Source: Natranaerofaba carboxydovora
GTDB lineage: Bacteria; Bacillota; Natranaerobiia; Natranaerobiales; Natranaerofabaceae
Direction: 5' to 3'
DNA length: 32,000 bases
NCBI RefSeq assembly: GCF_022539405.1
Contig: NZ_CP054394.1
Location: 3,127,833 to 3,159,832 of the forward strand
The notes beneath the pieces were generated by a model. The model had not been told where the DNA came from and ran no database searches. It saw only the letters and a list, made by a program, of their open reading frames with translations. A program made the translations under genes and the position numbers. Shown piece after piece: positions 16,698 to 26,010 of the stretch. Every line of letters starts with the position of its first letter. The first letter of the stretch is position 1.

Positions 16698-18947
16698 ATG
16701 GAACTAACAAAGAATGCCAAGACCGTTTTAGAAAAAAGATACCTGAGAAAATCTGGAGATAGACTTACTGAAACTCCAGAAGACTTACTTTGGAGGGTTG
16801 CAAATAACATTGCCCAAGTTGACAGAAATTATTATCCCCACACAGAAGATAAAATAAACGAGGTAGCAGAAGATTTTTATGATTTAATGGATAAGAATTA
16901 TTTTTTACCAAACTCACCGACTTTAATGAATGCAGGCAGTGAACTACAGCAGCTATCTGCTTGTTTTGTTTTACCTGTAGAGGATTCTATGGAAAGTATA
17001 TTTGAAAGTATAAAAAACTCAGCCTTGATTCATAAAAGTGGAGGGGGCACAGGTTTCTCATTTACAAGAATAAGGCCCAAAAATGATGTGGTTTTATCCA
17101 CAGGAGGAATAGCCAGTGGTCCTATATCTTTTTTAAAGGTATTTAATTCTGCTACGGAGGCTGTAAAGCAGGGAGGTACAAGAAGAGGAGCAAACATGGG
17201 TGTTTTAAGGGTAGATCATCCTGATATATTAGAATTTATTTCCTGCAAAGAAGAACAAACAGAAATAACTAATTTTAATATTTCAGTTGCCCTAACAGAA
17301 AACTTTATGAAAGCTCTTGAAAATGGGGAGAATTTCAAATTAGTTAATCCAAAAGACAAAAAGACTGTTAAAGAAATAGACCCTAAAGAAATTTTTAATA
17401 AGATAGTAGAGATGGCCTGGAAAAATGGTGAACCCGGAATAATATTTTTAGATAAAATTAATGAGGAAAACCCTACTCCAGAATTAGGAGAAATAGAATC
17501 AACTAATCCATGTGGAGAACAACCGCTGCTACCTTATGAGTCATGTAACTTGGGCTCGGTTAATCTTTCTGTAATGGTAGATGAAAAGAAAAATAAAATT
17601 GATTATAAAACGCTTAAAGAATGTGTCCATAAAGCTGTACACTTTTTAGACAATGTAATTGATGCTAATGAATACCCTTTAGATAAAATCAGAGAAGTGA
17701 CATTAAGCAATAGAAAGATTGGTCTTGGAATAATGGGTTGGGCGGATATGTTATACAAGCTTAACATACCCTATAATTCAGATAAAGCCCTTGAAACAGC
17801 AAAGGAAATAATGAAATTTATTGATGATGAATCTAAGGAAAAATCTCGGGGACTAGCAGAAGAAAGAGGAGCATTTCCTAATTTTGAATACAGCATTTAT
17901 AAGGAAAGTGGTGAACCTCCTATCAGAAATGCTACTACAACAACTATTGCTCCCACAGGAAGTATTTCAATTATAGCAGGAACTTCAGGGGGGATTGAAC
18001 CGAACTTTGCCCTTGCCTTTTCTAGGAATATATTGGACAAGGAAACGTTAATTGAAGTAAATCCAATTTTTGAAGGTGTAGCAAAAAAAGAAGGCTTTTA
18101 TTCAAAGGAATTAATGGAAAAGATATCAAAAGAAGGAAGTCTGAAGGGTAATGACGAAATACCCGATAACATAAAAGACGTATTTGTAGTATCACACGAT
18201 ATTGAGTCCTCTTGGCATATTAAAATGCAAGCTGCTTTTCAAGAATACACAGATAATGCTGTTAGTAAAACAGTTAATCTTCCATCTGATGCCACTAAAA
18301 ATGATATAGCAGATATCTATAAGCTTGCCTACGAATTAAACTGTAAAGGGGTAACTGTATACAGAGATAAAAGTAGAGATGAACAAGTTTTACAAAAAGG
18401 TGATAGTGAAGACAAAAAGAAACAAAAACAAAAAGAAAAAGCTGCTGAACAATCATCCAAACCCTATATTATTCCAAGAAAAAGACCTGATGTGACTATT
18501 GGCAAAACAGAAAAAATAAGTACTGGCTGTGGAAACCTTTATGTAACTGTTAATGAGGATGACAAAGGTTTATGTGAAGTTTTTGCATCTATGGGTAAGT
18601 CAGGAGGTTGTGCGGCAAGCCAATCAGAAGCAACAGCCAGGCTTATTAGTATGGCCCTTAGGTCAGGCCTGGATGTGAAAACGATAATCAAAGAGCTAAG
18701 AGCAATTAGATGTCCTAATCCCACATGGGATAGTTCAGGAGGCATGGTACTTAGCTGTCCAGATGCTATTGGAATAGTATTGGATAAGTGTATAAGAGAA
18801 AAGGAATCAGGTGAAAAAGTTGATAAATCAGACAATGGAATACAAAAGTTAGACAGGTTAATGGGAGCATGCCCAGAATGTGGGGGTCATGTTAGAAATG
18901 AAAGTGGTTGTATCACATGCTTTTATTGTGGATATTCTAAATGTTAA
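16698..18947 (+). CDS. nrdJ: Class II (adenosylcobalamin-dependent) ribonucleotide reductase NrdJ
   Basis: 749 aa with RNR barrel motifs (LSACFV, NPCGEQPL, SCNLGS, TIAPTGS) and the class II C-terminal module ending in a Zn-ribbon (CPECGG...CITCFYCGYSKC). No nrdB/nrdF partner. RBS AAGGAGG. Confidence 0.9.
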   Translation: MELTKNAKTVLEKRYLRKSGDRLTETPEDLLWRVANNIAQVDRNYYPHTEDKINEVAEDFYDLMDKNYFLPNSPTLMNAGSELQQLSACFVLPVEDSMESIFESIKNSALIHKSGGGTGFSFTRIRPKNDVVLSTGGIASGPISFLKVFNSATEAVKQGGTRRGANMGVLRVDHPDILEFISCKEEQTEITNFNISVALTENFMKALENGENFKLVNPKDKKTVKEIDPKEIFNKIVEMAWKNGEPGIIFLDKINEENPTPELGEIESTNPCGEQPLLPYESCNLGSVNLSVMVDEKKNKIDYKTLKECVHKAVHFLDNVIDANEYPLDKIREVTLSNRKIGLGIMGWADMLYKLNIPYNSDKALETAKEIMKFIDDESKEKSRGLAEERGAFPNFEYSIYKESGEPPIRNATTTTIAPTGSISIIAGTSGGIEPNFALAFSRNILDKETLIEVNPIFEGVAKKEGFYSKELMEKISKEGSLKGNDEIPDNIKDVFVVSHDIESSWHIKMQAAFQEYTDNAVSKTVNLPSDATKNDIADIYKLAYELNCKGVTVYRDKSRDEQVLQKGDSEDKKKQKQKEKAAEQSSKPYIIPRKRPDVTIGKTEKISTGCGNLYVTVNEDDKGLCEVFASMGKSGGCAASQSEATARLISMALRSGLDVKTIIKELRAIRCPNPTWDSSGGMVLSCPDAIGIVLDKCIREKESGEKVDKSDNGIQKLDRLMGACPECGGHVRNESGCITCFYCGYSKC

Positions 18948-18958
18948 TTTGTTAGGCT

Positions 18959-19180
18959 GATTCTACTGCAAAAGGTCTATTCACATAAGTATAATGTTTT
19001 TAATTGATACATCTAAGAATCGAACAGCAGTCCAAATAAGGCTTCCAAATCTAAAAACTCGTCCTGAGTTCGATTAGCTAATGACATCCTGTCATTATGC
19101 CTTATCCGCCCTGTTTTCTCATCAAGATGTATTGCAATTAAAAACAAAACTTAGTTCATATGACTTTTTGCAGTTGAATC
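18959..19180. repeat. Long imperfect inverted repeat (~57-nt arms, ~43 bp paired) enclosing a ~110-nt structured core; candidate ncRNA, nrdJ 3'-UTR element or MITE
   Basis: Hand-paired helices are as follows. 18959-18977 with 19162-19180: 19 positions, with one T/T mismatch and one G/T. 18986-18990 with 19149-19153: 5 bp. 18996-19006 with 19135-19145: 11 bp perfect. 19007-19014 with 19125-19132: 8 bp. The core contains AATCGAAC/GTTCGATT (19018-19025 / 19068-19075) and the hairpin TAATGACA-TCC-TGTCATTA (19079-19097). No ORF. The element starts 12 nt after the nrdJ stop. Confidence 0.6.
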
Positions 19181-19237
19181 AATTTTGCCCTTGCCAAACT
19201 ATTGTAGGCGGTCTGGATGAAGCAGTACATTTGATCT

Positions 19238-20002
19238 CTAGAGTTCTATGGTAAGACCATCATAGGCAGGATCTATATAGTCAGGAAGATATTCATTTAA
19301 GCTATTGTATTCGATTTCATGAGTCATATGGGTGAGATAAGCTTTTTTTGGTCCGATCTTTTCGATAACGGGTAATACTTCATCTACACTTAAGTGATTT
19401 GGATGATAAGTATACCTTAAAGCACCGATCACCAAAACTTTTAGGTTGTTTAGAAGAGAATATGAATCTTGTGGAATCTTAGAACAATCAGTCAAATATG
19501 CGAAATCATCAATACGATAGCCTAGAATTTTTTCCTTTCCATGGTAAATTGGTACGGGCTGGACCTTTGTTCCCTCAATTTCGAATGGTTTTTTTCCGAT
19601 GACATTCATAGTAACTTTTGGCTTACTTGTGTAATCATTGACCCTATCCTTAAATACGTATGGATACATGTTTATAATGCTCTGGGCAGTTATTTCGTTA
19701 GCATAACAGGGTATTGATTTTCCCATTATTTCATTAAACCTTCTAAGGTCATCAAATCCATGGACATGATCTGCATGTCTATGAGTAAACAACACAGTAT
19801 CAATTTTGTTAATATTATAGGTTAATGCCTGAAACCGAAACTCTGGCGATGTGTCTACCAAAAGAAAACGGCTTTTTTTTTCGATCAGAATACTTGAGCG
19901 CCATCTATTATTCTTTTGGTCATTGGAAGTGCAAATATCGCATTTACAGCCGATGACTGGAACACCGTGAGAAGGACCAGTTCCTAGAAATATAATTTTC
20001 AT
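19238..20002 (-). CDS. MBL-fold metallo-hydrolase (PhnP-like subgroup)
   Basis: HxHxDH motif (HRHADHVHG). N-terminal Cys cluster GCKCDICTS, as in PhnP-like phosphodiesterases. 254 aa. Confidence 0.8.
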   Translation of the reverse strand: MKIIFLGTGPSHGVPVIGCKCDICTSNDQKNNRWRSSILIEKKSRFLLVDTSPEFRFQALTYNINKIDTVLFTHRHADHVHGFDDLRRFNEIMGKSIPCYANEITAQSIINMYPYVFKDRVNDYTSKPKVTMNVIGKKPFEIEGTKVQPVPIYHGKEKILGYRIDDFAYLTDCSKIPQDSYSLLNNLKVLVIGALRYTYHPNHLSVDEVLPVIEKIGPKKAYLTHMTHEIEYNSLNEYLPDYIDPAYDGLTIEL

Positions 20003-20080
20003 TGTTTTCGACCTCTTTACAAAGTTGTTGATCCATTATAACATTAAAAAGAATAATTTGGCAATTAAGGAGGGAGATAA

Positions 20081-20815
20081 GTGAGTGATACTGAAGTAAA
20101 GAAGTTAGTCGAAGCATTAAAAAATTCTAACAACACTTATGTTTTAACTGGAGCAGGGATGAGTACTGAAAGCGGCATTCCAGATTTTAGAAGCCAAGGG
20201 ACAGGGTTATGGAATGATATAGATCCAATAAAATATGCGACAAGAGATGTATTGCTTAGCGAACCTGAAAAGTTTTTCCAGGTAACTTTTAAAAGGTTTG
20301 TTTCTCTAGTTGATAAAAAGCCAAATGAAGGTCATTATGTGCTCTCGGAATTAGAAAAAGAAGGGATAATAAAAGGTATTATCACACAAAACATTGATGG
20401 ACTTCACCAGGAAGCAGGATCAAAAGAAGTGTGGGAAGTTCATGGAAACATTAAAAAAAGCCACTGTATGGAATGCAGTACGGCATTTCCTTTTGAAGAA
20501 CTTGTTAGTCAGGTAGAAACTAAAGATGTGCCAGAATGTAAAAATTGTGGAGGAGTACTTAGACCGGATGTTGTACTGTTTGGGGACCCTATGCCTGATG
20601 ACTTTTTTGAAATTGCAGCAGAATTGAAACAAAATTGTGATTTTTTACTGATTGTCGGAACCAGCTTACAAGTATATCCTGTTGCAGGCATTGCAGAATT
20701 AGGTATTCCAATGGGTATAATAAACCTAGATAGTACACCACATGATATTAAAGCAAAAGCAGTAATTAATACTAAATGCTCACAAGCTTTAAAACAAATA
20801 AAAGAATGTTTATAA
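20081..20815 (+). CDS. cobB: NAD-dependent protein deacylase, Sir2 family (CobB-like)
   Basis: GAGMSTESGIPDFRS, TQNIDGLH and HG motifs. Zn Cys4 (CMEC...CKNCGG). GTG start after RBS AAGGAGGGA. Confidence 0.88.
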   Translation: MSDTEVKKLVEALKNSNNTYVLTGAGMSTESGIPDFRSQGTGLWNDIDPIKYATRDVLLSEPEKFFQVTFKRFVSLVDKKPNEGHYVLSELEKEGIIKGIITQNIDGLHQEAGSKEVWEVHGNIKKSHCMECSTAFPFEELVSQVETKDVPECKNCGGVLRPDVVLFGDPMPDDFFEIAAELKQNCDFLLIVGTSLQVYPVAGIAELGIPMGIINLDSTPHDIKAKAVINTKCSQALKQIKECL

Positions 20816-20823
20816 CCAAAAAA

Positions 20824-20864
20824 ATTATCCGGGGAACTCTTTTAATTCCCCGGATAATTTTTTT
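20824..20864. terminator. Bidirectional terminator between convergent cobB and the MTH1187-family gene
   Basis: ATTATCCGGGG (20824-20834) / CCCCGGATAAT (20848-20858), flanked by an A run upstream and a T run downstream. Confidence 0.8.
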
Positions 20865-21168
20865 AGTCTGATAACTTTTCATTAACACTCTGTATTTTTT
20901 GATCAGTTGAAGTGGTTATATCACGTCTATCATCAATTCTGATTTGTGTTACTACTCGTTTGGCTCCAGCATCAAAGGGGCTATCGTGCATTTTTTTAAC
21001 AATTTCTAAGCAGTCTTCGAGTTCACCTTCTAAGATTGTTCCCATCGCTGTAAGTTCATAGTTAACTTTATCCTGGACTTTTAATATCTTTTGACACTCA
21101 GCTACATAATAGCTAATGCTAGGAGTATTAGTCCCTAAAGGAACAATACTAATCTCAACAATGACCAT
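20863..21168 (-). CDS. MTH1187/YkoF-family (UPF0045, DUF77) thiamine-binding-like protein
   Basis: 101 aa. The family-typical start MVIVEISIVPLGT...S.YVA and the internal TAMGTILEG motif are present. Confidence 0.72.
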   Translation of the reverse strand: MVIVEISIVPLGTNTPSISYYVAECQKILKVQDKVNYELTAMGTILEGELEDCLEIVKKMHDSPFDAGAKRVVTQIRIDDRRDITTSTDQKIQSVNEKLSD

Positions 21169-21264
21169 TTTGTGACTCCTCCAGTATTAATCGATTTACG
21201 AATTTTATTCTACCTATTTTTTTAAATACCTTCTTCTAAATTATTATAATAGGGGGATTTTATA

Positions 21265-21843
21265 TTGGACATATTTAAAAAGACTACTGAATTGGATAAA
21301 GAAGTAGTATTGGAGGTTATAAGTAAAGGAGACATAGCTGTTGATGCTACCTCTGGTAACGGACATGATACATTATTTTTAGCAAGACAAGTGGGCTCTA
21401 AAGGGCTCGTTTATGCTTTTGACATCCAGAAAAAAGCTATAGATAGAACGAAAACTTTATTAGAAAACAATGGCGTTGAAAATAGGGTGAATTTAATTAA
21501 AGAGGATCACTCAAATTTGGCAGAAATAGTGCCTTCCGGTGTAGCAGCAATAATGTTTAATCTTGGCTATCTGCCAGGAAGCGACAAGAGTGTGGTAACG
21601 TTACCAGAAACAACTTTGAGTGCTTTGCATAATGGGTTAAAGTTACTAAAAGTAGGTGGAATATTAACTTGTGTAATTTATCCAGGGCATGATATGGGAA
21701 AAGAAGAATCAAATGAAGTAGAGAATTTCGCGAAAGAATTGAATTATTCAATATATCAAGTTGTAAAAATTATATCTACTAACAGAAAACAAGCTCCACC
21801 TTATTTGCTGGCAATTAAAAAAAGAAAGGAAGTAAGTATATGA
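21265..21843 (+). CDS. mnmM: Class I SAM-dependent methyltransferase, YtqB/MnmM family (tRNA mnm5s2U methyltransferase)
   Basis: Close resemblance to my recollection of B. subtilis YtqB: DATSGNGHDTLFLARQVGSKGLVYAFDIQ and FNLGYLPGSDKSVVT. TTG start after RBS AGGGGGA. Confidence 0.8.
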   Translation: MDIFKKTTELDKEVVLEVISKGDIAVDATSGNGHDTLFLARQVGSKGLVYAFDIQKKAIDRTKTLLENNGVENRVNLIKEDHSNLAEIVPSGVAAIMFNLGYLPGSDKSVVTLPETTLSALHNGLKLLKVGGILTCVIYPGHDMGKEESNEVENFAKELNYSIYQVVKIISTNRKQAPPYLLAIKKRKEVSI

Positions 21844-22697
21844 AAAAAAGAATAGGATATCATATGTCACTAGCAGGTGGCTATAAAAAACAATTAAACA
21901 ATGCATCGAAAATTGGAGCCGAAACCATCCAAATTTTTTCAGGAAACCCAACTTCTTGGCAACCGCCTAAACTTGACAAAGATATAGCAAAAAAATTCAA
22001 AGAAGTACAAAGGAGCAATAGTATTTGGCCGTTAATTTTTCATACACCGTACTTGATTAATTTGGCTTCTCCAAAACCAGATATATTTGATAAATCTGTA
22101 TCTTTACTAAAAGCTTCTCTAAAAAGAGCTGAACTTTTTGATTCCCCTTACGTCATAACTCATATAGGAAGTCATCTAGGAGTAGGAAAAGAGAAGGGGA
22201 TAAATAATATATGTAAAGCATTATTAAATTTAAAAAAGGATTGGCCCGAAGATACTAAACTATTGCTAGAAAACACCGTAGGGAGCGGAAATAATATAGG
22301 GTCCACGTTTGTTGAAATAAGAGAAATATTTAACCGGGTTGATAACTTGGTATTAGACCATTTAGGGTTTTGTTTTGATACAGCCCATGCTTTTGGTGCA
22401 GGTTATGATCTTTCTACAACAGAAGGAGTAGATAGGACTATCGATGAACTGAAAGATAATATTGACCTAAACATGTTAAAAGTAATCCATGCCAATGATA
22501 CTCCAGAACACAAAGGTTCAAAAAAAGATAGACATGAAGATTTAACTAAAGGTAATATAGGAGAAGATGGATTTATTTATTTATTAAATAAAGATGAATT
22601 TAGTGAGGTTGATTCGATAATTTTGGAGACTCCTAAACGTAATGAGAACCCTGACAAAGAAAATTTAGATTGTTTAAAGAAGATATTAGGACGTTAA
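21840..22697 (+). CDS. nfo: Endonuclease IV (deoxyribonuclease IV, AP endonuclease)
   Basis: Metal-ligand motifs of the Nfo TIM barrel (HTPYLINLASP, ITHIGSH, LENT, CFDTAHAFGAGYD, HANDT, DRHE). ATGA overlap with the upstream gene. Confidence 0.9.
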   Translation: MKKRIGYHMSLAGGYKKQLNNASKIGAETIQIFSGNPTSWQPPKLDKDIAKKFKEVQRSNSIWPLIFHTPYLINLASPKPDIFDKSVSLLKASLKRAELFDSPYVITHIGSHLGVGKEKGINNICKALLNLKKDWPEDTKLLLENTVGSGNNIGSTFVEIREIFNRVDNLVLDHLGFCFDTAHAFGAGYDLSTTEGVDRTIDELKDNIDLNMLKVIHANDTPEHKGSKKDRHEDLTKGNIGEDGFIYLLNKDEFSEVDSIILETPKRNENPDKENLDCLKKILGR

Positions 22698-22771
22698 GTT
22701 AACCTTTAAGTTATCATGAAATTATATAGTAAAAGTTATATATATATCTGATTCTGGGGGAGGTAAAATAA

Positions 22772-24178
22772 TTGGAAATATCAAATTTAAAATATCAACA
22801 AGAAAACTTATATATAAAAAGTGATAAAAGCGGTAATCCCATTATGAAAATTTTTATTTCACCTAAATTATTTTCTAAGCTTGAATCAACTGCTATTAAA
22901 CAACTAGAGGATGCTTCAAAACTACCCGGGGTTAATCATCCTGTAATTGGCCTTCCTGATATTCACGAAGGCTTTGGTCTCCCAATTGGCGGTGTTATGG
23001 CAGTAAAAAAAGAAGGTGGCATTGTTTCTGCTGGTGCTGTGGGAATGGATATAAACTGTGGGGTAAGACTTTTAAAAACAGATATACCAGCTGATGATAT
23101 TTCTGCCGAATTTTTAAAAGAGCTTATGAATAAAATAACAGCTGAAATACCTCTAGGAACAGGAAAAGATGGTAAACATGATATCTTAAGATTATTAAAT
23201 ATAGAAAAAGTATTTTCCGATGGTGTGCCGTATTTAGTGGAGATGGGTGCTGGTAACAAAGAAGAACTAGAAAGAATAGAAGACAGAGGACAGATTAAAG
23301 GCGGATCAATTGATGTTTTAAGTAAAAAAGCCAAAAAAAGAACAGGACAGCTAGCTACCCTTGGAGGTGGAAATCATTTTATTGAATTTTGCCGGGTTAA
23401 GACATGCTACAACGTAAATATTACCGACAAATTAGATATTAAACAAGATAAACTTGCAGTATTAATACATACAGGTAGTAGAGGAATAGGTCATCAAGTG
23501 TGTACTGACTACAGCCAGGAGATGGTTTCTAAAAGAAGTAAAAAAGAGCTACCAAATAAAGGCCTTGCTTTTTCTTATTTAGATTCAAAAGAAGGAGAAA
23601 GATATCTAAGTGCCATGGCAGCTGCAAGTAATTATGCCTTTAGTAATAGGCAGTTGATTTCTTGGATAATCAAAAATATTATAGAAGAAAATATTGGAAA
23701 AGAATCAAATGCGTCGCTTGTTTATGATATCCCTCATAATATAGCAAAATTTGAAAAACATGACCAAAAAGAGCTACTAGTGCATAGAAAAGGTGCAACA
23801 AGAGCACTGCCTCCAGGACATCCAAGTATTAATGGAGAATTAAAAGAAACTGGCCAACCTGCGATTATTCCTGGAAGTATGGGAACTGCTTCTTATGTTG
23901 TTATTGGTACTGATAAGTTAGCTGAAAGTTATTATTCTGTAAATCATGGCGCCGGAAGAGCATTATCTAGAAAAAAAGCCAAAGAGTGGATTAATAAAAA
24001 AGATTTTAAAGAAACCATGAAAGGAATAGAACTTCCTGTAAAAGGGATCAAAAAATATTTAGATGAAGCACCGCAGGCATACAAGGATATTAATGAAGTG
24101 GTGGATACTCTTTCAAGTAGAAATATGATTATGAAGGCAGCCAAATTAGTGCCTCTAGCTGTATTAAAGGGAGACTGA
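22772..24178 (+). CDS. rtcB: RNA 3'-phosphate/2',3'-cyclic phosphate ligase RtcB
   Basis: RtcB motifs (PDIHEGFGLPIGGV, GMDINCGVR, GGGNHFIE, HTGSRGIGHQ, SVNHGAGR). TTG start after RBS GGGGGAGG. Confidence 0.9.
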   Translation: MEISNLKYQQENLYIKSDKSGNPIMKIFISPKLFSKLESTAIKQLEDASKLPGVNHPVIGLPDIHEGFGLPIGGVMAVKKEGGIVSAGAVGMDINCGVRLLKTDIPADDISAEFLKELMNKITAEIPLGTGKDGKHDILRLLNIEKVFSDGVPYLVEMGAGNKEELERIEDRGQIKGGSIDVLSKKAKKRTGQLATLGGGNHFIEFCRVKTCYNVNITDKLDIKQDKLAVLIHTGSRGIGHQVCTDYSQEMVSKRSKKELPNKGLAFSYLDSKEGERYLSAMAAASNYAFSNRQLISWIIKNIIEENIGKESNASLVYDIPHNIAKFEKHDQKELLVHRKGATRALPPGHPSINGELKETGQPAIIPGSMGTASYVVIGTDKLAESYYSVNHGAGRALSRKKAKEWINKKDFKETMKGIELPVKGIKKYLDEAPQAYKDINEVVDTLSSRNMIMKAAKLVPLAVLKGD

Positions 24179-24284
24179 TAATAACTGATTTGGCACAGCA
24201 TTACTATTTAAAAAATATATAAAAGGAAATAATAAGAGTGAAAGCTTCCCTAAAAACCTTATCCTTACAGGAGGAGTGGATTTT

Positions 24285-24467
24285 ATGCCACGCAATAAAA
24301 GTAGGCTAATGAGCGAAAACATGAAATATGAGCTAGCTAAGGAATTGGGAGTTTTAGAAACTGTGCAAAACGAAGGCTGGGGAAGTGTACCATCTAGAGA
24401 TTGTGGTAACATGGTAAAACTCGCAATTCAAAAAGCTGAAACAATGATGAAAGAAGGGAAGCTTTAG
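24285..24467 (+). CDS. Small acid-soluble spore protein, alpha/beta type
   Basis: The core MKYELAKELGV....EGWGSVPSRDCGNMVK is the conserved alpha/beta SASP signature. ATG 24285 lies 10 nt after GGAGGAG; the track's upstream GTG start (24276) lies inside the GGAGGAG RBS, so it is unlikely. Confidence 0.88.
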   Translation: MPRNKSRLMSENMKYELAKELGVLETVQNEGWGSVPSRDCGNMVKLAIQKAETMMKEGKL

Positions 24468-24557
24468 GTGTATAAAATCAAATAAATTGGGTATATTAAT
24501 AGATGAAGGCAAGGCTCCTCTCCCTTAAATCTAAAACCTAACACTTGTCTTCCATTT

Positions 24558-24608
24558 ATAAGCGGTGACTTTATTCAATTAAAGTCGCCGCTTATTTTAT
24601 TATTTTTT
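24558..24608 (+). terminator. Rho-independent terminator after the SASP gene
   Basis: 15-bp stem ATAAGCGGTGACTTT / AAAGTCGCCGCTTAT (one G-U), 8-nt loop, then TTTTATTATTTTTT. Confidence 0.8.
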
Positions 24609-24646
24609 AAATTGGTGTTATAATTATGTGGGGAGTGAGTATAAAA

Positions 24647-25984
24647 ATGACTATAGGGACAAATTATGTATGTAATTCATGCGGTTATATTACCTTAAAG
24701 TGGATGGGCAAATGCCCTGATTGTGACTCCTGGAATACATTAGAACAAATGTATAATAATAAGAATAGCCAGAATAAAAAAATGCCAATTACTACCCCCG
24801 TTCCTTTAACTGAATTAAACTATGAAGATAAACAAAAAGTAAGAACGGAAATAGTAGAAGTTGACAGAGTTCTCGGAGGTGGCATATTTCCTGGTGCTTC
24901 TGTATTATTAGGTGGCAATCCAGGGATAGGCAAAAGCACATTAATGCTTCAGATAGCTTACAGGCTTGCTGAGAAGCTTTCCCCTGTATACTATCTAAGT
25001 GGTGAAGAATCTCCACCCCAAATTCTTGATAGATGCAAACGGTTAAACACCCTTCACTCAAATATATACATATCTAGTGAAACCAATTGGGAAATAATTG
25101 AGAATGAGATAGATAACTTAAACCCTAAAGTTATAATTGTGGATTCTATCCAAACTATATATTATCCTGAGTTGGGTTCACTGCCGGGTAGCTTAAAGCA
25201 GGTCAAAGAATGTTCATCCCGGTTAGTAAGGCTTACAAAGGACCAGGAAATTTCCTGCTTTATTATTGGACATGTCACTAAAGATGGTGAGATAGCAGGT
25301 CCTAAGGTTTTAGAGCACATGGTTGATACAGTTCTTTCTTTTGAAGGAGAAAAACAGCATTCGTATAGAATATTAAGAAGTAACAAAAATCGTTTTGGGG
25401 CTATGGAAATAGGTGTGTTTGAGATGAGAAATACAGGGCTAATGGAAGTGAACAATCCTTCGAAGTTTTTCTTGAATGATCGTACAGGCAAAGAATCTGG
25501 TTCTTGTGTGACAGCTAGCATGGAGGGAACAAGACCGGTACTTATAGAAGTTCAATCCCTTATAGGGAAGACTAATTACACTACACCTAGGCGAATGACC
25601 ACAGGTGTTGATTACCATAGGGTCTTATTAATAATTGCAGTTTTAGAAAAAAGATTAAATTTGTCCCTTGGGTATCATGATGTATTTGTTAATGTTGTTG
25701 GTGGACTTAAAATTAAAGAACCTTCCGTTGACTTAGCTGTTGCCCTTAGTCTGGTATCAAGTTATCAAAATAGAACAATTGATAAGAATTTAATAGCCTT
25801 TGGAGAGATTGGTTTGACCGGTGAAGTAAGAAGTGTTACAAATATTGAATCAAGGCTTACTGAATCCAAAAAAATGGGTTATAAAGCAGCTGTAATTCCG
25901 CCTAGTGACACAAGAAAGCATGAAGGCATGGATATAATACACGCTAGTAATCTAAAAGAGGCTTTGTCTGTTTCATTAAATTAA
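24647..25984 (+). CDS. radA: DNA repair protein RadA (Sms)
   Basis: N-terminal zinc finger CNSCGY...CPDCDSW, Walker A GNPGIGKST, KNRFG motif and a C-terminal Lon-like domain. Start chosen at ATG 24647 (MTIGTNYVC). Confidence 0.93.
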   Translation: MTIGTNYVCNSCGYITLKWMGKCPDCDSWNTLEQMYNNKNSQNKKMPITTPVPLTELNYEDKQKVRTEIVEVDRVLGGGIFPGASVLLGGNPGIGKSTLMLQIAYRLAEKLSPVYYLSGEESPPQILDRCKRLNTLHSNIYISSETNWEIIENEIDNLNPKVIIVDSIQTIYYPELGSLPGSLKQVKECSSRLVRLTKDQEISCFIIGHVTKDGEIAGPKVLEHMVDTVLSFEGEKQHSYRILRSNKNRFGAMEIGVFEMRNTGLMEVNNPSKFFLNDRTGKESGSCVTASMEGTRPVLIEVQSLIGKTNYTTPRRMTTGVDYHRVLLIIAVLEKRLNLSLGYHDVFVNVVGGLKIKEPSVDLAVALSLVSSYQNRTIDKNLIAFGEIGLTGEVRSVTNIESRLTESKKMGYKAAVIPPSDTRKHEGMDIIHASNLKEALSVSLN

Positions 25985-26010
25985 ACAAGATTATAAGGGA
26001 AGGTGAAAAA

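Noticed and set aside
16616-16810. 64-aa minus-strand ORF overlapping the nrdJ start
   Set aside because: It overlaps the nrdJ RBS and start, and has a hydrophobic low-complexity sequence without an RBS. The divergent promoter region is better explained by ylbF-like/nrdJ.
19060-19080. GTTCGATT, a tRNA T-loop-like sequence inside the structured repeat
   Set aside because: The flanking bases do not form a T-stem, and no acceptor, D or anticodon arms can be drawn. It instead pairs with AATCGAAC at 19018-19025.
18959-19180. Calling the structured repeat a 6S RNA outright
   Set aside because: The overall rod-like shape is compatible, but the largest internal loop I can draw is only ~8x8 nt. I cannot verify the conserved 6S bubble features or the promoter and ends from sequence alone. 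It is left as a candidate in the findings.
24179-24284. Forespore (sigma-G/sigma-F) promoter upstream of the SASP gene
   Set aside because: One is expected biologically, but I could not find a convincing GAATA-17/18-CATACTA-type match in the 100-nt spacer, so I did not annotate it.
22963-24412. Minus-strand ORFs 22963-23334, 23944-24201 and 24164-24412 opposite rtcB and the SASP gene
   Set aside because: They are antisense to genes with clear family signatures. There are no RBS or motifs.
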